This document shows positions 1 to 10,437 of a stretch of 64,000 nucleotides of DNA, one piece after another. This DNA is from Candidatus Spongiihabitans sp. GTDB lineage: Bacteria > Pseudomonadota > Gammaproteobacteria > Arenicellales > Poriferihabitantaceae. The stretch's first letter is position 1; each line of letters begins with the position of its first letter. The stretch lies in the NCBI GenBank assembly GCA_965261425.1, contig OZ253452.1:481160-545159 (forward strand), read 5' to 3'. A program made the position numbers and the translations under genes. The notes under the pieces are model-generated. The model searched no databases, was not told the DNA's origin, and worked only from the letters and a program-made list of their open reading frames with translations.

Positions 1-3000
1 AGTTCAGTGAGCTGATCGATATCGGTGGCATTGGAGATGCGTTTATACAAAATCAATCGGATATGCGTATTGTCTAGATAATCCTGTGGAAACAGGGCGT
101 GAACATGTAAGTCGATGATGTTGGATTTTTCACGTTGCGCGGCATGATCTGGTAGCGGCAGACGACCTTCCTTAATGGCAGTTACGGCAAGGTTCAAATA
201 CTCGCTATACAGCGAAAACCCGACCTCATCTATCGATCCGCTCTGCGTTTCTCCAAGCAGTTCTCCAGCACCACGAATTTCCAAATCATGCGATGCTAGT
301 GCGAATCCTGAACCCAAACCGTCCATAGAATCAATTGCATCAAGCCGTTTCTTCGCGTTATTAGTGATGTATTGCTTATCGGCTACCAACAAATAGGCAA
401 ACGCTTGATGTTGCGAGCGCCCGACACGTCCTCGTAACTGATGTAATTGCGCCAAACCAAAGCGATCTGCACGATTGATAATGATTGTATTGGCACTCGG
501 AATATCGATGCCACTTTCGATAATGGTCGAGCAAATCAGGATATTAAAGCGGCGGTGATAAAAATCCTGCATCACTCGTTCAAGCCGCAATTCGGGCATT
601 TGCCCGTGGCAAACATCAACCTTTGCTTCAGGTAGCAATTCGGTAATATCGGCAGCCATGCGGTCGATTGATTTCACTTCATTATGGAGGAAGAAAACCT
701 GTCCACCGCGTCTTATTTCGCGTAAACAGGCTTCCCGAATGAGCCCTCGACTCCACTGCCGAATAAACGTCTTTATCGACAAGCGGTTGAGCGGAGGCGT
801 AGCAATAATGGAAATCGCCCGCAATCCTGCCATCGCAATATTCAAAGTGCGCGGGATGGGGGTTGCGGTCAAGGTCAAAATATCAACCTGACTGCGGATT
901 CGTTTAATACGCTCCTTTTGGCGAACACCGAAGCGATGCTCTTCATCAATAATCAACAATCCCAGATTATGGAAACGAATATCCGCCTGCAACAGTCGAT
1001 GAGTGCCGATGACAATATCAATCTGCCCGCTGGCAATACGCGCAATCAATTCGGTTGTTTGTTTGCGGGTGTTGAAGCGCGATAGCACCGCAATATTGAT
1101 CGCCCAATCTAAAAATCGTTCCACAAAGACTTGATGATGCTGGTGCGCTAACAACGTGGTCGGGGTTAGAATGGCGACTTGTTTGGCATTGTTTGAGACG
1201 ATGAATGCGGCTCTTAATGCCACTTCGGTTTTACCGAACCCGACATCGCCACAGACCAATCTATCCATCGGCTCGGTAGAACTAAGGTCGGCGACCACTT
1301 CGCTAATCGCCTGCTGTTGATCTGGCGTTTCATCGAATGGAAATTGGCTATTGAATCGCTGGTTTTCCAGCGCGTCAATGGTAAAAACACAACCTTTACG
1401 CGCCATTCTGGAGGCTTCTATCTCCAGTAACTCGGTGGCAACATCATAGGCTTTTTCGCGCGCACGTTTTTTGGATTTTTCCCATTGATCGTTACCCAGT
1501 CGATGCAAGGGTGCAAGCTCAGGAGAACCCCCAACAAAGCGGCTGATTAGATTCAACTCCAAAACAGGAATATAAAGTTTGTCGCCGTTTTGATATTCAA
1601 GCGACAGAAACTCACCCGACTCACCGCCGATAACCAATATATGCAAACCTCTGTATCGCCCCACGCCATGCTCAATATGAATCACTGGGTCCCCGATGTT
1701 CAGCTCTGCCAGCGATTTGATAATCGATTCCGGATCGCGCTCCTTGCTACGCCGCCTGCGTTGATAGACCTTGTCGCCGTATAACTGGCTCTCGCAGATA
1801 ATTTCAATGCCATTGGCATTGGAGGTCAAGCCACGTTCGAGGGACGCAATTGCCAGCCCCAGCGTGGCACCATCATCGGCGAGGAAGTCATGCAACCCAT
1901 CATACGAAGTCGGTCGCAGGCGGTTGTGTAACAGTACACCCTCTAATATTTCTTTTCGCCCAGGAGTTTCGGTTACAATTAAAATTCTGTTATCACTCTC
2001 CTGTAAATGCGTCAACAGTGCTTTATAGGGGGTTTCATTTCGAGAATCCAACGGAAACTGCTGGTTGTGATTGGTGGCAGCGCACCACGATGTGGCGTTC
2101 TGCTCGGAAGTAATATCGATGTTTGAACATGTTCCACTACTTGCCACGACCTCGTCCGCATCCATATACAGCTGATGAGGCGGGATTACTTTACGCTCCG
2201 GGTCGTAATTGGCATTGCTGTATCGGTCATTAACTTCCGCCCAATAGGTGGTAGCAACTGCTTTGAAATCGGGTGTTTTTACGATTATCGAATGACCCTG
2301 AATATAGTCGAACAAAGTGGCAGTATGGTCAAAAAACAACGGCAAGAAAAATTCAACACCCGCCGGCGTATGTCCCATGGAAACATCTTTATAAATCGTC
2401 TGCTTCATCGGATCGCCCTCAAAATGCCGCCGAAATGAGGCGCGGAAATGTTTGATTCCGGTTTCGGTCATTGGAAATTCCCGTGCTGGTAACAGCTCGA
2501 CTTTCTCCATTTGTTCTTTTGAGCGTTGACTGTCTGGATCGAAAACCCGAATACTTTCCAATTCATCATCAAACAAATCCATCCGAAAAGGGTACGCTGC
2601 CCCCATCGGGAATACATCAACCAACCCACCACGCACCGCAAACTCACCGGGCGACATGACCTGATTGACGGCGATATAGTTGGCGTTAATGAGTTGCTGT
2701 TTTAAGATGTCGAGGTTAATCTGTTGCGATTTCTGCAAACAGAAAGTATGTCCCAACACATAATCGATCGGCGGCAACCGCTGCATCAGGTTTCTTGTTT
2801 GAATCAAGACAATACCGTGTCGCAAAGCAGGCAATTGCCCTAAAATCCGCAACCGCTCTGATATGATTTCTTGATGAGGCGAAAATAACTCATAGGGCAG
2901 ACATTCCCAGCTTGGAAAATTGAATAGCGGAATGCTGTCCGATGGATGCAGAAAATATCGAATTTCGTTTTCCAAAACCTGAAGCTGCCGCTGATCTTCA

Positions 3001-3150
3001 AGCACAATCACCAAGACACCATCGTATTGACGCGCCGCTTCGGTTATTGCCAACCCCAACCCAGCCCCATGCAGATTCGACCAGATGAGATGTTGTCCCG
3101 ATGCCGGCAGGCGTGGGTTGAGTAGCCGATGTATATCAGATTTGGACATA
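1..3150 (-). CDS. mfd: Transcription-repair coupling factor Mfd (C-terminal end lies beyond the window)
   Basis: Absent from the ORF track because no stop lies inside the window. My translation of the minus strand from the ATG at 3150-3148 gives MSKSDIHRLLNPRLPASGQHLIWSNLHGAGLGLAITEAARQYDGVLVIVLEDQRQLQ. Further in it reads LVCGDVGFGKTEVALRAAF (Walker A, ~1200-1260) and GLLIIDEEHRFG (DEEH box, ~930-965). The + strand track ORFs at 175-3100 are antisense artefacts. Confidence 0.9.
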
Positions 3151-3220
3151 ATGATAGTGGTCAATAATGAGGGTCTAATGATTGTCTTAATGAAGCACAA
3201 ACATCAATAGATATCTGCAT

Positions 3221-3723
3221 CATTGTCGGAAGTGTGGATTCAGACTGTGCAAGAGCCCCGCTAGGTCGTGTTGCATGTGGAAAACCCTTGCGGGCTTGGT
3301 TATTTTACTGGATTCCTGCTCCCCGCCTGCGCGGGGACAGGCTTCGCAGGAAAGACGGATGTTGGTTTCTTGCACAGTCTCTAAAGCCCGCTTGCTATAA
3401 TTGTGTAAAGGTCTATATTAATCATAACCTCTGTGTTCTCGGCTTTGGCTTCCTGCGTCGCTCTCGGTCTCTATTTCAGACTCGACTCTCCCCCATCCTT
3501 GGGGCCGTACCTCCTGCATCCATGCAGTAGGCAGATAATTGCTCCTCGGCAATTGCTCCTGCATTGCTCTACTAAGCTACATCCGTGTAGCGATGCATAA
3601 TCTGCACTTCCACCTTCCATGGCGGTCGTCTGTGTCAAATCTTTTATCTATCAACATTATTGTTTTTGAATTATGCAACGCTCTTTCTGCACCACAAAGC
3701 ATTTTCAATTATCAATTATCAAT
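3221..3723 (+). repeat. Composite mosaic repeat element, copy 1 (~500 bp, ends in (TCAATTA)2.7)
   Basis: Shares colinear blocks with 6737-7175. These are the GTGGAAAACCCTTGCGGG hairpin, TTTTACTGGATTCCTGCTCCCCGCCTGCGCGGGGACAGGCTTCGCAGGAAAGACGG, GGTTTCTTGCACAGTCTC, GCTTGCTATAATTGTGTAAAGGTCTATAT, AATCTGCACTTCCACCTTCCATGGCGGTCGTCTGTGTCAAATC and TTATGCAACGCTCTTTCTGCACCACAAAGCATTT, followed by the heptamer array. Confidence 0.9.
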
Positions 3724-4172
3724 AAAACGTCTTTTGCTTGATTGATTTGGGCGCTGAGGTAATCTGAGCCGCCTCGGTCGGGGTGGACTTTTCGGATGAG
3801 TTTGCGGTGGGCATCAATGATGTCTTGTCGGTTGGCGTTGGGGTCTAGGTTGAGAATTTTATAGGCTTGTTCACGGGTCATTGCTGTGGACGGGGGCACG
3901 GTTTTGTTGTTGGGCTGGCGAGGGCTGAACTGATGCCATAGTCGTTTTGCGATGAGTGCGCGGTTTATCCATGGTACGGCAGCACTGAATAGGGCGAATA
4001 GCCAAGAGATTCGACCGGTTAATACCAGAACCAGCAGGGTGGTGGCGATGCCGTATAGCAAAATGCTAATGAGGGAGCGGTTTCGTTGTCCTTTGTCGGC
4101 ACGTCGATACCATGCCAAGAACCACATCACACCGACCAGAGCAACGAGCGCGAGAAACAATTTTGCTGCCAT
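3705..4172 (-). CDS. J-domain (DnaJ-like) membrane protein
   Basis: 155-aa ORF. It has two or three N-terminal hydrophobic helices and a C-terminal J domain with the HPD motif (AYKILNLDPNANRQDIIDAHRKLIRKVHPDRGG). The last codons (IIDN-stop) are encoded by the heptamer repeat. Confidence 0.8.
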   Translation of the reverse strand: MAAKLFLALVALVGVMWFLAWYRRADKGQRNRSLISILLYGIATTLLVLVLTGRISWLFALFSAAVPWINRALIAKRLWHQFSPRQPNNKTVPPSTAMTREQAYKILNLDPNANRQDIIDAHRKLIRKVHPDRGGSDYLSAQINQAKDVLLIIDN

Positions 4173-4247
4173 TAGTGAATTAAAAGCGCGATGCGTTTTG
4201 GGGTATGTTTGATTGCCCGCTATCGACCGGTGTAACCCCAGCCGGTC

Positions 4248-5582
4248 TTATAGATGAAAACTACTCTCGCCATGGGTTGAATAATCAAGTCCTTCGGCTT
4301 CTTCTTGTTGAGTAACGCGCAAGCCGACCAGTTTCCTGACTGCTAAAATAATCAGCCATGTGCCAAGCGCAGTCCAGAGGATTGTTACCACCACACCAAT
4401 AAGCTGAATCTGAATTTGCGCGCCGATGCTGACTGCCAGCCCGACACCACCGAAAGCGGTGGCACCAAATATCGCCGTGAGCAGGGTTCCGATGATGCCG
4501 CCTACGCCGTGTACGGCAAACACATCTAGGCTGTCATCAAATGCTAGTTTGGCTTTAATCCAACCGACTGCCAGATAGCAGACTATGCCACCGACTAGCC
4601 CGATGACGACCCCGCCGATGGGCCCGACATAACCCGATGCGGGGGTGATTGAAGCAAGACCAGCGATTAAGCCAGTTACCAGTCCAATCAGGCTGGGTTT
4701 CTTGTAGCGGATGCTTTCAATGACGACCCAGACCAAAGCGGCACTGGCAGCGGCAATGTGGGTTACGAAAATCGCCATAGCGGCACTGCCATTCGCCGCC
4801 AGCGCACTGCCTCCATTGAAGCCATACCAGCCAACCCACAATAACGCTGCCCCAAGCATGGTCGTGCCCGGACTGTGGGGCGGTAGCGATTGTTTGTGTT
4901 TGCGGCGTGGACCGAGCATTGCGACCATCACCAGAGCGGCAACTGCGGCAGTGGTATGGACTACCAGACCGCCGGCAAAATCTAAGACCCCGAAATCAGC
5001 GAGGAAGCCGCCACCCCAAATCCAGTGTGCCACTGGCGCATAGACGATGAGCATCCAAGCACCGCTAAATAATAATACATGCACAAACTTGATCCGTTCA
5101 ACGTAGGCACCGATGATTAACGCGGGTGTGATGATTGCAAAAGTCATCTGGAACAGGCAGAACAATATTTCAGGAATGGTTCCCCACATGGCATCAACCC
5201 CGACACCAAGCAGAAACGATTTGCCGAAGCCACCGAACCAAGCATTGGCGGCCCCACCATCACCGAAGGCGATGCTATAACCGACTATCAGCCACAATAC
5301 CGAGGAGACGCAAGCCACCGTGCAACATTGCATCATTACCGACAACACATTGATTGAGCGTACCAAGCCACCATAAAAAAGCGCGAGTCCGGGCAGGGTC
5401 ATCAACAAAACCAGCGCGGAAGCAGTCAATATCCACGCACTATCTCCGCTGTTAAGTGCCTCCTGAGCCTGCCCTGCAGTCGGCAGTACCCACAAACAAA
5501 GCACCCACGCAAATGAACGCATAGGAAATAACCGAACACGCCGAGATAGGCGTTGCATGACAGAGATTTTATCGAGATACAT
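4248..5582 (-). CDS. amt: Ammonium transporter (Amt family)
   Basis: 444-aa polytopic membrane ORF with typical Amt blocks (DFAGGLVVHTTAAVAALV, VFAVHGVGGIIGTLLTAIF). The true start may be an internal Met. Confidence 0.9.
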   Translation of the reverse strand: MYLDKISVMQRLSRRVRLFPMRSFAWVLCLWVLPTAGQAQEALNSGDSAWILTASALVLLMTLPGLALFYGGLVRSINVLSVMMQCCTVACVSSVLWLIVGYSIAFGDGGAANAWFGGFGKSFLLGVGVDAMWGTIPEILFCLFQMTFAIITPALIIGAYVERIKFVHVLLFSGAWMLIVYAPVAHWIWGGGFLADFGVLDFAGGLVVHTTAAVAALVMVAMLGPRRKHKQSLPPHSPGTTMLGAALLWVGWYGFNGGSALAANGSAAMAIFVTHIAAASAALVWVVIESIRYKKPSLIGLVTGLIAGLASITPASGYVGPIGGVVIGLVGGIVCYLAVGWIKAKLAFDDSLDVFAVHGVGGIIGTLLTAIFGATAFGGVGLAVSIGAQIQIQLIGVVVTILWTALGTWLIILAVRKLVGLRVTQQEEAEGLDYSTHGESSFHL

Positions 5583-5880
5583 CTTATTTAGGCCTCTTTA
5601 TTTTGCTGTATGGTTGGGCGACAACACGGAAAAAGGGTGCCGACATTGATTGGTTATGACGCGCTGTTAGCCAACACCAGTCCACTGAAAGTATAGCATA
5701 CTGTTCGGCAATACATGGGGATTTCTATTCATCCCCCCCTGACAGGGGGGGCTAGGGGGTTGTTTCGTACAAAGCACTGACCAAAAAAGTAAAAATGGCG
5801 AATTCAACCCATAAGTGCAACACGGTGGTTAAAAAATAGTCTCTGTGCTCTCTGTGTCGAAATGTTTTCGTCTATGAGTC

Positions 5881-6690
5881 CTACCCATTATCCAGCGAAT
5901 GATCCATTTCTAATGCGGGTGTTCCGCCGGCACAGTCACCCACCGGTTGTGCCGGAATGCCGGCTACGGTGCAGTAATCATCGACATCATTGAGAACCAC
6001 GCTTCCGGCTCCGATTTTTGCATTTTTACCGATGCAGACATTGCCGAGAATTTTAGCACCTGCGCCGATTAGTACGCCGCTTTGAACTTTTGGGTGGCGG
6101 TCGCCGGTGTCCTTGCCGGTGCCGCCTAAGGTGACCTCGTGAAGCATGGATACATTATCGCCGATTGCGGCAGTTTCGCCGATGACAATGGAGGTGGCGT
6201 GATCAATCAAGATTCCTTTGCCGATGTTGGCGGCTGGGTGAATATCCATCGCAAATGCTTCGCTTACTCGATTCTGTAAGAAACGGGCTAATCCGCGATG
6301 GTGGTTGTTCCAGAGCCAGTGCCCGACACGATAAATTTGTAATCCCTGATAGCCTTTATAGTATAAAAAGGGCAGGGAATAGCGGTTGCAGGCAGGGTCG
6401 CGCTGACAAAATGCAAGCAGGTCGGATTGTGCCGATTCGACAATGCTTGGATCGTGTTGCAGGGCATCACCGATTGTTTTTATCAGGGTTGCGCGGTCGA
6501 GAATCGCGCAATGTAATCGAGATGCCAACATTGCCGACAAGGCATGACCGAAGCCATCGTGTTTTAGCACCATACGGTGGTAAAATTTTCCGAGTAGCGG
6601 TTCGGTATGACGTAGCTCTTCGACCTCCGATTTTAATAAAAGCCAGATGTCATCGGTGTGATGTAATTGATTAGGGACGGGTTTTGTCAT
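5881..6690 (-). CDS. cysE: Serine O-acetyltransferase
   Basis: SATase N-domain plus left-handed beta-helix hexapeptide repeats (DIHPAANIGKGILIDHATSIVIGETAAIGDNVSMLHEVTLGGTG). I prefer the ATG at 6690 (MTKPVPNQ) because the longer track ORF runs into the repeat element. Confidence 0.9.
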   Translation of the reverse strand: MTKPVPNQLHHTDDIWLLLKSEVEELRHTEPLLGKFYHRMVLKHDGFGHALSAMLASRLHCAILDRATLIKTIGDALQHDPSIVESAQSDLLAFCQRDPACNRYSLPFLYYKGYQGLQIYRVGHWLWNNHHRGLARFLQNRVSEAFAMDIHPAANIGKGILIDHATSIVIGETAAIGDNVSMLHEVTLGGTGKDTGDRHPKVQSGVLIGAGAKILGNVCIGKNAKIGAGSVVLNDVDDYCTVAGIPAQPVGDCAGGTPALEMDHSLDNG

Positions 6691-6736
6691 TATCAGGTAT
6701 TGTGGTTGCAAGGCAGAATCGTTGCTGGAATGGTGG

Positions 6737-7175
6737 GACTGTGCAAAAACCCCTGCCAAGTCGCGTTACATGTGGAAAACCCTTGCGGGTTTGTTTTTAC
6801 TGGATTCCTGCTCCCCGCCTGCGCGGGGACAGGCTTCGCAGGAAAGACGGATGTTGGTTTCTTGTACAGTCTCTTACGCGGGAACGACGAATATTGGATT
6901 TTTGCACAGCATCTAAAGTCCCGCTTGCTATAATTGTGTAAAGGTCTATATCAATCATAATCTCTGTGCTCTCGGCTTTGGCTTCCTGCGTCGCTCTACC
7001 TCCTGCATAATCTGCACTTCCACCTTCCATGGCGGTCGTCTGTGTCAAATCTTTTATCTATCAACATTATTGTTTTTGAATTATGCAACGCTCTTTCTGC
7101 ACCACAAAGCATTTTCAATTATCAATTATCAATTATCAATTATCAATTATCAATTATCAATTATCAATTATCAAT
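6737..7175 (+). repeat. Composite mosaic repeat element, copy 2 (lacks ~110 bp internal block, ends in (TCAATTA)8.7)
   Basis: Colinear with 3221-3723. The heptamer TCAATTA has 8 full units at 7115-7170 plus a partial unit, against 2 full units at 3705-3718 in copy 1. Confidence 0.9.
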
Positions 7176-8447
7176 AAATACGGTTTTGCCGTCAATCAGT
7201 GTTCGGGTTACTTTGCCAATCATTTTTTTGCCCATGAACGGAGAATTTCTGCCCTTGCTTTGCATGCTGTGGTCATCAAATTGCCACTCTTTGCGGGCAT
7301 CGAAAAGGCATAAATCGGCGTTTGCTCCGGGGCTTAAATGTCCTGCGTCTATACCGATGATGTTTGCCGGGTTGACGGTCAATGCGGCAATCGCCTGTAG
7401 CATGGTCAGGTGATGGCTGGTGACTAGATTCAAGGTGAGCGACAATAGCGTATCAATGCCGGCGATGCCGGTGGCAGCTTCGCTGAACGGGGCTAGTTTT
7501 TCGTCCATGCCGTGCGGTTGGTGATCGGAGCAAATGACCGCAATCTGTCCTTCGGCAACACCCGCAATCAAGCCGTTGCGATCCTGCTCGGTGCGTAATG
7601 GTGGCATCACTTTATAGCGCGTATCAAACGCACCAATATCATTTTCACAACATAATAAGTGATGAATGGCAACACCCGCGGTTACTGCCAGACCACGTTG
7701 TTGGGCCTCTGCCAGCATGATGACTGAGCGGTGGCAGGAAATAAGATCAAAGTGTGCCCGCGCACCGCTGGTTTCGATGAGGGCAAGATCACGAGCGACC
7801 CCCACGGTTTCGGCGGCTTCTGGAATCGCGGGTAAGCCGAGTAGGGTGCTGACGATGCCTTCGTGGACAACGCCATTGCCCTGTAACCACTTGTCCCTCG
7901 GGGTGAGGAACACCGGCAGGTCAAAAGTAGAAGCATATTGCATGGCGCGGCGCATGACCAACGTATTTTCTACTGCCTCCAGCGCATTGCTCACGCCGAC
8001 ACAACCGGCATCCATCAGCATTGCCATATCGGTTAACCGCTGCCCTTGCAGGTTGACCGTTAACGCCCCCAAAGGATGCACTTTGGCATAACCGACTTCA
8101 TCGGCGCGATCCTGAATCATGTGTGCCATCGCCGGTGTGTCAATGATTGGAAAGGTGTCCGGCGGACAAACCATGCGCGTAATACCACCACTGATGGCAG
8201 CGCGGGTTTCGCTTTCTATGGTGGCTTTATGTTCTTCGCCCGGCTCCCTTAATCGGGCGCACAGGTCGATCAATCCCGGAAACACATATTGACCGCTCGC
8301 ATCAAGGTCGTGGTCAATGGGGAAGGGTGCTTTGACCTGCTTTTTGACAAGCGCAGCGATTTTGCCGTTACGGATATAAATATCGTGGATGCCGTTGATA
8401 TCGTTGGCAGGGTCAACCACATTGCCATCGCGTATCACCGTGTTCAT
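7164..8447 (-). CDS. pyrC': Dihydroorotase-like protein, probable non-catalytic PyrC' partner of ATCase
   Basis: 427-aa amidohydrolase-fold ORF directly downstream of pyrB, overlapping it by 4 nt. The metal-binding motif D-x-H-x-H-x-R-E-P-G reads [10 protein letters not shown], so both His residues are lost. The last codons (IDN-stop) lie in the heptamer repeat. Confidence 0.75.
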   Translation of the reverse strand: MNTVIRDGNVVDPANDINGIHDIYIRNGKIAALVKKQVKAPFPIDHDLDASGQYVFPGLIDLCARLREPGEEHKATIESETRAAISGGITRMVCPPDTFPIIDTPAMAHMIQDRADEVGYAKVHPLGALTVNLQGQRLTDMAMLMDAGCVGVSNALEAVENTLVMRRAMQYASTFDLPVFLTPRDKWLQGNGVVHEGIVSTLLGLPAIPEAAETVGVARDLALIETSGARAHFDLISCHRSVIMLAEAQQRGLAVTAGVAIHHLLCCENDIGAFDTRYKVMPPLRTEQDRNGLIAGVAEGQIAVICSDHQPHGMDEKLAPFSEAATGIAGIDTLLSLTLNLVTSHHLTMLQAIAALTVNPANIIGIDAGHLSPGANADLCLFDARKEWQFDDHSMQSKGRNSPFMGKKMIGKVTRTLIDGKTVFIDN

Positions 8448-9418
8448 GGCTTTTCCTCCTGTCCTCCCATGATGGTTGCCATGATAGACATTCTCACGGC
8501 AATCCCATTGGTCACTTGATCAAGAATAACCGAGCGTGCGCCATCCGCTACGGTAGAAGCAATTTCCAAGCCACGATTGATCGGTCCCGGATGCATGACG
8601 ATGGCATCTTCGCGGGCATATTGAAGTTTCTCTTCGGTCAAACCGTAGCGATTAAAGTATTCCTGCTCGCTGGGAATGAGTTGTCCGTCCATGCGCTCGC
8701 GCTGGATGCGTAACATCATCACCACATCGACGTTGTCCAGCCCGTCCACCATATCGCTAGCTGTGGTAACTCCCATTGATTCAATTTCTGTCGGAATCAA
8801 GGTGCGCGGTCCGATGACGCGAATTTCTTTTGCGCCGAGAATATTCAGGGCATGGATTTGTGAGCGGGCAACGCGGGAATGTAGCACATCGCCGATGACT
8901 GCCACTGTTAGCTCAGAAAAATCCTGTTTCGATTGGCGAATGGTGAACATATCCAACATCGCCTGTGTCGGGTGGGCATGACGACCATCGCCGGCATTGA
9001 TGACTCGAACATGGTCGGGCAGGTGGGAGGCAATCAGATGCGCAGCTCCGCTGGCATGGTCGCGGATTATGAATAAATCCGTGTGCATGGCTTCCAAGGT
9101 GCGAACGGTGTCCAAAATAGTTTCACCTTTGGAGACTGACATTCTGTCAGCGGTCAAATTAATGACATCGGCAGACAGGCGTTTGCCGGCAATTTCAAAA
9201 GTCGTGCGGGTGCGCGTACTCGGTTCAAAGAATAGATTAACCAGCGTTTTTCCGCGCAACAACGGGACTTTTTTTATTTCCCGCTTGCCAAGATTGATAA
9301 ATGACTCTGCTGTATCGAGAATGTTAATCAGGGTTCTTTGAGGCATTCCATTGAGGGTTAAAAAGTGTTTCAAGTTGCCTTTTTCATCAAACTGAAGCGC
9401 GCTGTCGGAGGGCATCAT
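8444..9418 (-). CDS. pyrB: Aspartate carbamoyltransferase catalytic chain
   Basis: 324-aa ORF with STRTR ([13 protein letters not shown]) and HPTQ ([10 protein letters not shown]) signatures. Confidence 0.95.
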   Translation of the reverse strand: MMPSDSALQFDEKGNLKHFLTLNGMPQRTLINILDTAESFINLGKREIKKVPLLRGKTLVNLFFEPSTRTRTTFEIAGKRLSADVINLTADRMSVSKGETILDTVRTLEAMHTDLFIIRDHASGAAHLIASHLPDHVRVINAGDGRHAHPTQAMLDMFTIRQSKQDFSELTVAVIGDVLHSRVARSQIHALNILGAKEIRVIGPRTLIPTEIESMGVTTASDMVDGLDNVDVVMMLRIQRERMDGQLIPSEQEYFNRYGLTEEKLQYAREDAIVMHPGPINRGLEIASTVADGARSVILDQVTNGIAVRMSIMATIMGGQEEKP

Positions 9419-9918
9419 CTTTGTATGCCCACTTGTACGCTACTTTTTGTGACCAGCTCCAGTTTGCCGTCTTCATGGGTGAGCTTGATTTGTTGGCTGT
9501 GGTCGAGATTCATCACGCAACCAATAAAATCTGCCTGAATCGGGATTTCACGTCCCGACCGTTCGATCAATACGCCAAGTTTCACCTGATTGGGTCGCCC
9601 ATAGGAAAAAATTTCATTCATCGCCGCTCGAATTGTACGACCGATGTATAACACATCGTCAACCAAAATGATATTACGCGTCTCGATAGCAGCTGGAAAC
9701 TCGGAGGATTTGACTTCGGGATTCAGTCCGACTCGACTAAAATCATCGCGGTAAAAAGAGATGTCCAAAGTTGCCAATGGCTCGGTATAACCGAGCAGCG
9801 AGTGTAGCCTTCGCGCAACCCACACGCCACCGGTATGAATGCCGATGAGTAGTGGGTCGGGCAGGTTGACAGCCGATATTTGCGCTGCCAGTGACTGAAT
9901 GCTGTCTTCTATATTCAT
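9415..9918 (-). CDS. pyrR: Bifunctional pyrimidine operon regulator / uracil phosphoribosyltransferase PyrR
   Basis: 167-aa type-I PRTase fold with PRPP loop ([17 protein letters not shown]). It overlaps the pyrB start. Confidence 0.9.
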   Translation of the reverse strand: MNIEDSIQSLAAQISAVNLPDPLLIGIHTGGVWVARRLHSLLGYTEPLATLDISFYRDDFSRVGLNPEVKSSEFPAAIETRNIILVDDVLYIGRTIRAAMNEIFSYGRPNQVKLGVLIERSGREIPIQADFIGCVMNLDHSQQIKLTHEDGKLELVTKSSVQVGIQR

Positions 9919-9921
9919 GCG

Positions 9922-10392
9922 CTATCGGTGATGCTCCCCTTGATCTTGATTCGGTTTCCCCCATGCCTGATTATCGTCTAAATAGGTTTGTACAATCAAC
10001 TGTGCGGCAAGATTATCGATTGCGCTAACATGCTTTCTAGTGATCTTTTTGCCGGGTTTTATCGAGTCGCGTAATACCTGTTTGGCGACGACTGAGGTCA
10101 ATCTCTCGTCAACGAATTTGACTGCCAAACCGGTGCTTGCGGATAATGTTGCGCCGAATTTTCGGGCAGTCGCGGACATCCTGCTCTCACTACCGTCCAT
10201 TGCCAGCGGCAAGCCAACAACCAGTAATGTTGGCTTCCATTGTTGTAGAATTTTGTCCAGAGCGTATTGATGGGGTATGCCATTGCTGGCGGGCAATGTC
10301 GAAAGTGCCTGCGCGGTTTTGGTTTGCAGATTGCCGCTGGCAACACCAATACGCTTCAAACCAAAGTCGAAACCGAGTATTCGTTGGTTCAA
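9922..10392 (-). CDS. ruvX: Holliday-junction resolvase-like nuclease RuvX/YqgF
   Basis: N-terminus ILGFDFGLKRIGVASGN is typical of YqgF. The yqgE-yqgF pairing is conserved. Confidence 0.9.
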   Translation of the reverse strand: MNQRILGFDFGLKRIGVASGNLQTKTAQALSTLPASNGIPHQYALDKILQQWKPTLLVVGLPLAMDGSESRMSATARKFGATLSASTGLAVKFVDERLTSVVAKQVLRDSIKPGKKITRKHVSAIDNLAAQLIVQTYLDDNQAWGKPNQDQGEHHR

Positions 10393-10437
10393 TGTGCTTG
10401 TGCTTGGGGTGTTGCCGATAAGGTCGGCAATAAAAGG

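Noticed and set aside
175-3100. About a dozen + strand track ORFs of 60-98 aa at the left end of the window.
   Set aside because: All are antisense to one continuous minus-strand reading frame with clear Mfd motifs.
3234-3530. An apparently conserved peptide (WIPAPRLRGDRLRRKDGCWF) recurring in track ORFs at 3234-3530, 6684-6941, 45351-45596 and 55677-55877, and on the reverse strand at 39929-40324 and 55556-55985.
   Set aside because: The conservation reflects DNA-level repeat copies in intergenic positions and both orientations. The frames differ between copies and are interrupted by module indels.
5625-5640. A sigma-54 promoter upstream of amt. The minus strand reads CGGCACCCTTTTTCCG, ~48 nt before the ATG.
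   Set aside because: It matches TGGCAC-N5-TTGC only partially (TTCC instead of TTGC, C instead of T at -26). It is too weak to call without a matrix score or an NtrC site.
5731-5756. A C7-TGACA-G7 hairpin between cysE and amt read as a terminator.
   Set aside because: It forms a strong stem, but no U-run follows on the transcribed (minus) strand. It could be a REP-like hairpin, so I did not call it.
7115-7175. The (GATAATT)n array read as a Fur-box mimic, given the GATAAT hexamer repeats and fur in the window.
   Set aside because: Fur boxes need 6-bp phasing and an inverted arrangement (GATAATGATAATCATTATC). Here the period is 7 bp and all units are direct. The idea is unsupported without binding data.
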